In this document: piece by piece, positions 62,224-64,000 of the stretch
How the letters are laid out: each line of letters opens with the position of its first letter
Position numbering within the stretch: the stretch's first letter is position 1
Source of the DNA: Paraspadella gotoi
Lineage: Eukaryota > Animalia > Chaetognatha
NCBI GenBank assembly: GCA_051294375.1
Contig: CM119269.1
Coordinates: forward strand, 20,503,976-20,567,975
Reading direction: 5' to 3'
Length of the DNA: 64,000 nucleotides
Translations under genes and position numbers: made by a program
Notes under the pieces: model-generated
What the model saw: the letters and a program-made list of their open reading frames with translations, nothing else
Database searches by the model: none
Told to the model about the DNA's origin: nothing

Positions 62224-63107
62224 TTATAGATGGGGGAAGAACTTTTTGCAATGCTCGACTAACAGTAATGAAATCTAAAATAATGATTTCTCCTATTCTG
62301 ATGCGAGGTAAAACTAAAATACTGAAAATAAGTACTGCAAAGACGCCATCATCGAACAATGACAGTTGACACTTGTCTCGAACGCGTCAAATCACAAAAG
62401 CTCTCGCCTCGGACAGATTATCGCAAACGATTTTAAATGAGACTTATGACGTCGACGAGAAGAACCTTCGGCGCCTGGAACGACATTTAGAATTAGGGTG
62501 TCAAGGACAAGGGACGAAGGGGTGATGAGGGTGACGGTCTACTAGATTATGACAGTGAAGTTATTGTAATAAGATAATTGACTTAAAATGACTGTGAAAG
62601 ACATTATTTGTATATTTACGTCACGTCTCTGTCATAAGTAATATTACCATACATTTTAGTACTTAAAACCGAACTCGCTACGATATTTATTAAAAAAGTC
62701 AAGAAAATGTTGTCCTCTTTAAATAATAAATATCCTATCTTATCTTTATTCATTGAGACTTATCCTCTTCAAAGTGATCATCGCTGAAAGTGACCAAGCC
62801 GTCGACAAAAGGCGAACATCATCATCATTATTGTTCTCTTTTTGCCCATTCAACTTTTATGTTTGAGCCATTAATATCTCCTAATTATCGAGCGCTAATC
62901 GTTTAAAGAAAAAAGACTAATCTGATTTTTGAATGCGGGATTAACAATAGTGATCAAAAACGTTTTATCAAAAAAAAAAATCATTTTTATTCTCGAGACA
63001 AATTTAAATCTGACGTTTTATCATTTGGTTCAGTGACAGAAAAAAAAATTGAACATAAAAACAAAACGAAAGTGAAGAAACTAGAAAAGAAAACTTAGTG
63101 CGAAACC

Positions 63108-63632
63108 CAGTTTGAGCAAACAACGCCGGATCTACCCACGATCATTAGCGGTAAGCAGCTGATCAGATAATTAATTAAAATAATAAATAAACAAAATATT
63201 AAATAATATTATTTTTTATTTCAATTCAAAATCATTTTCCACTTTGTCTCAACTCTCAATCACAAAAAACAATTCCGCACAAAATTAATTAAAAAATTAA
63301 TTAATTGTAAAATAATTAATTACTAATTATCTAATTATAGCTAAAAAAGAAATCGCCAAAATCCATTCATGAGTAATTGGCGTTCAAAAGCTAAACGGGG
63401 GACGAACGAACGGACAGACAGTCAGACAGACAGACAGAGAGACGGACGGACGGACATAAATTTTTTTGAATCATTTATTTCATTAATAAATACAAAATAA
63501 ATTCGTTGTAAAAATTCCAACTTTGTCAATCTCGAATAATTTATCATAATTCAAATTCGGAATGATGTAAGATTTTTGTGGTGGGACCGACGGACCGACA
63601 AAGTGGATTATAGACCCGGAATCTGCTAAAAC
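63108..63632 (-). mobile_element. Second HINE/DINE-1-like copy, inverted
   Basis: Its reverse complement shares TCTATAAT.CACTTTGTCGGT.CGTCGGTCC, the GTCT/GTCC tract, AATTACTC and the 3' end TAATGATCGTGGG.AGATCCG...TTGTTTGCTCAAACT with 58935-59730. Confidence 0.7.
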
Positions 63633-63790
63633 GTATTAAATATATATATATATATATATAATTATATATATATAATTATATATATTAATTATATATATAT
63701 ATATGCGCTCGATACTTTTCGAGAACAAAATTTTTGAGCTGCGGATTTTCTTTACGAGGCTCCAATAAGAATGGAACTTTAGGAGAGAGA

Positions 63791-63834
<44 letters not shown>

Positions 63835-64000
63835 ACAATTGCCATCATAATTCTTGCGATGTTTCTTTCAGACGATAAAAGAAATGAAAAAAGCTGACGA
63901 GCACCACGGCAACGTCAAATCACCGTTTTCGCCCATTTGAGCAATCCTAATTTTTACATTTTATGTTCTTTTTTCATTTTTAATTTTGTGTTTTTATTTT

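Overview
Eukaryotic (metazoan, probably invertebrate) draft-genome window: AT-rich, microsatellite-dense, with GC-rich spliced exons and many N gaps. It is not prokaryotic. (1) A multi-exon + strand gene (~5065-47087) encodes a FERM-PDZ-PTP non-receptor tyrosine phosphatase of the PTPN3/PTPN4/Ptpmeg family; some exons fall in gaps and two carry indels. (2) A complete 6-exon + strand gene (49797-51608, 257 aa) encodes a secreted, atypical pentraxin/LamG-fold protein. (3) A spliced + strand orphan gene (from 53618) encodes a low-complexity protein that starts with a perfect LC8/DYNLL-binding motif (M-DKSTQT). There are also three copies of a tRNA-headed SINE, two copies of a Helentron-associated (HINE/DINE-1-like) element, a tRNA-Leu relic and a perfect 52-bp palindrome. 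About 20 kb that looks dramatic (tandem duplication 2640-4226, C-depleted copy 8747-11812, its exact 2047-bp inverted copy from 12583, and ~12.7 kb of featureless sequence 15830-28544) is best explained as raw long-read gap-filling artefact. All family assignments come from my recall of known proteins and elements; no database search was run.
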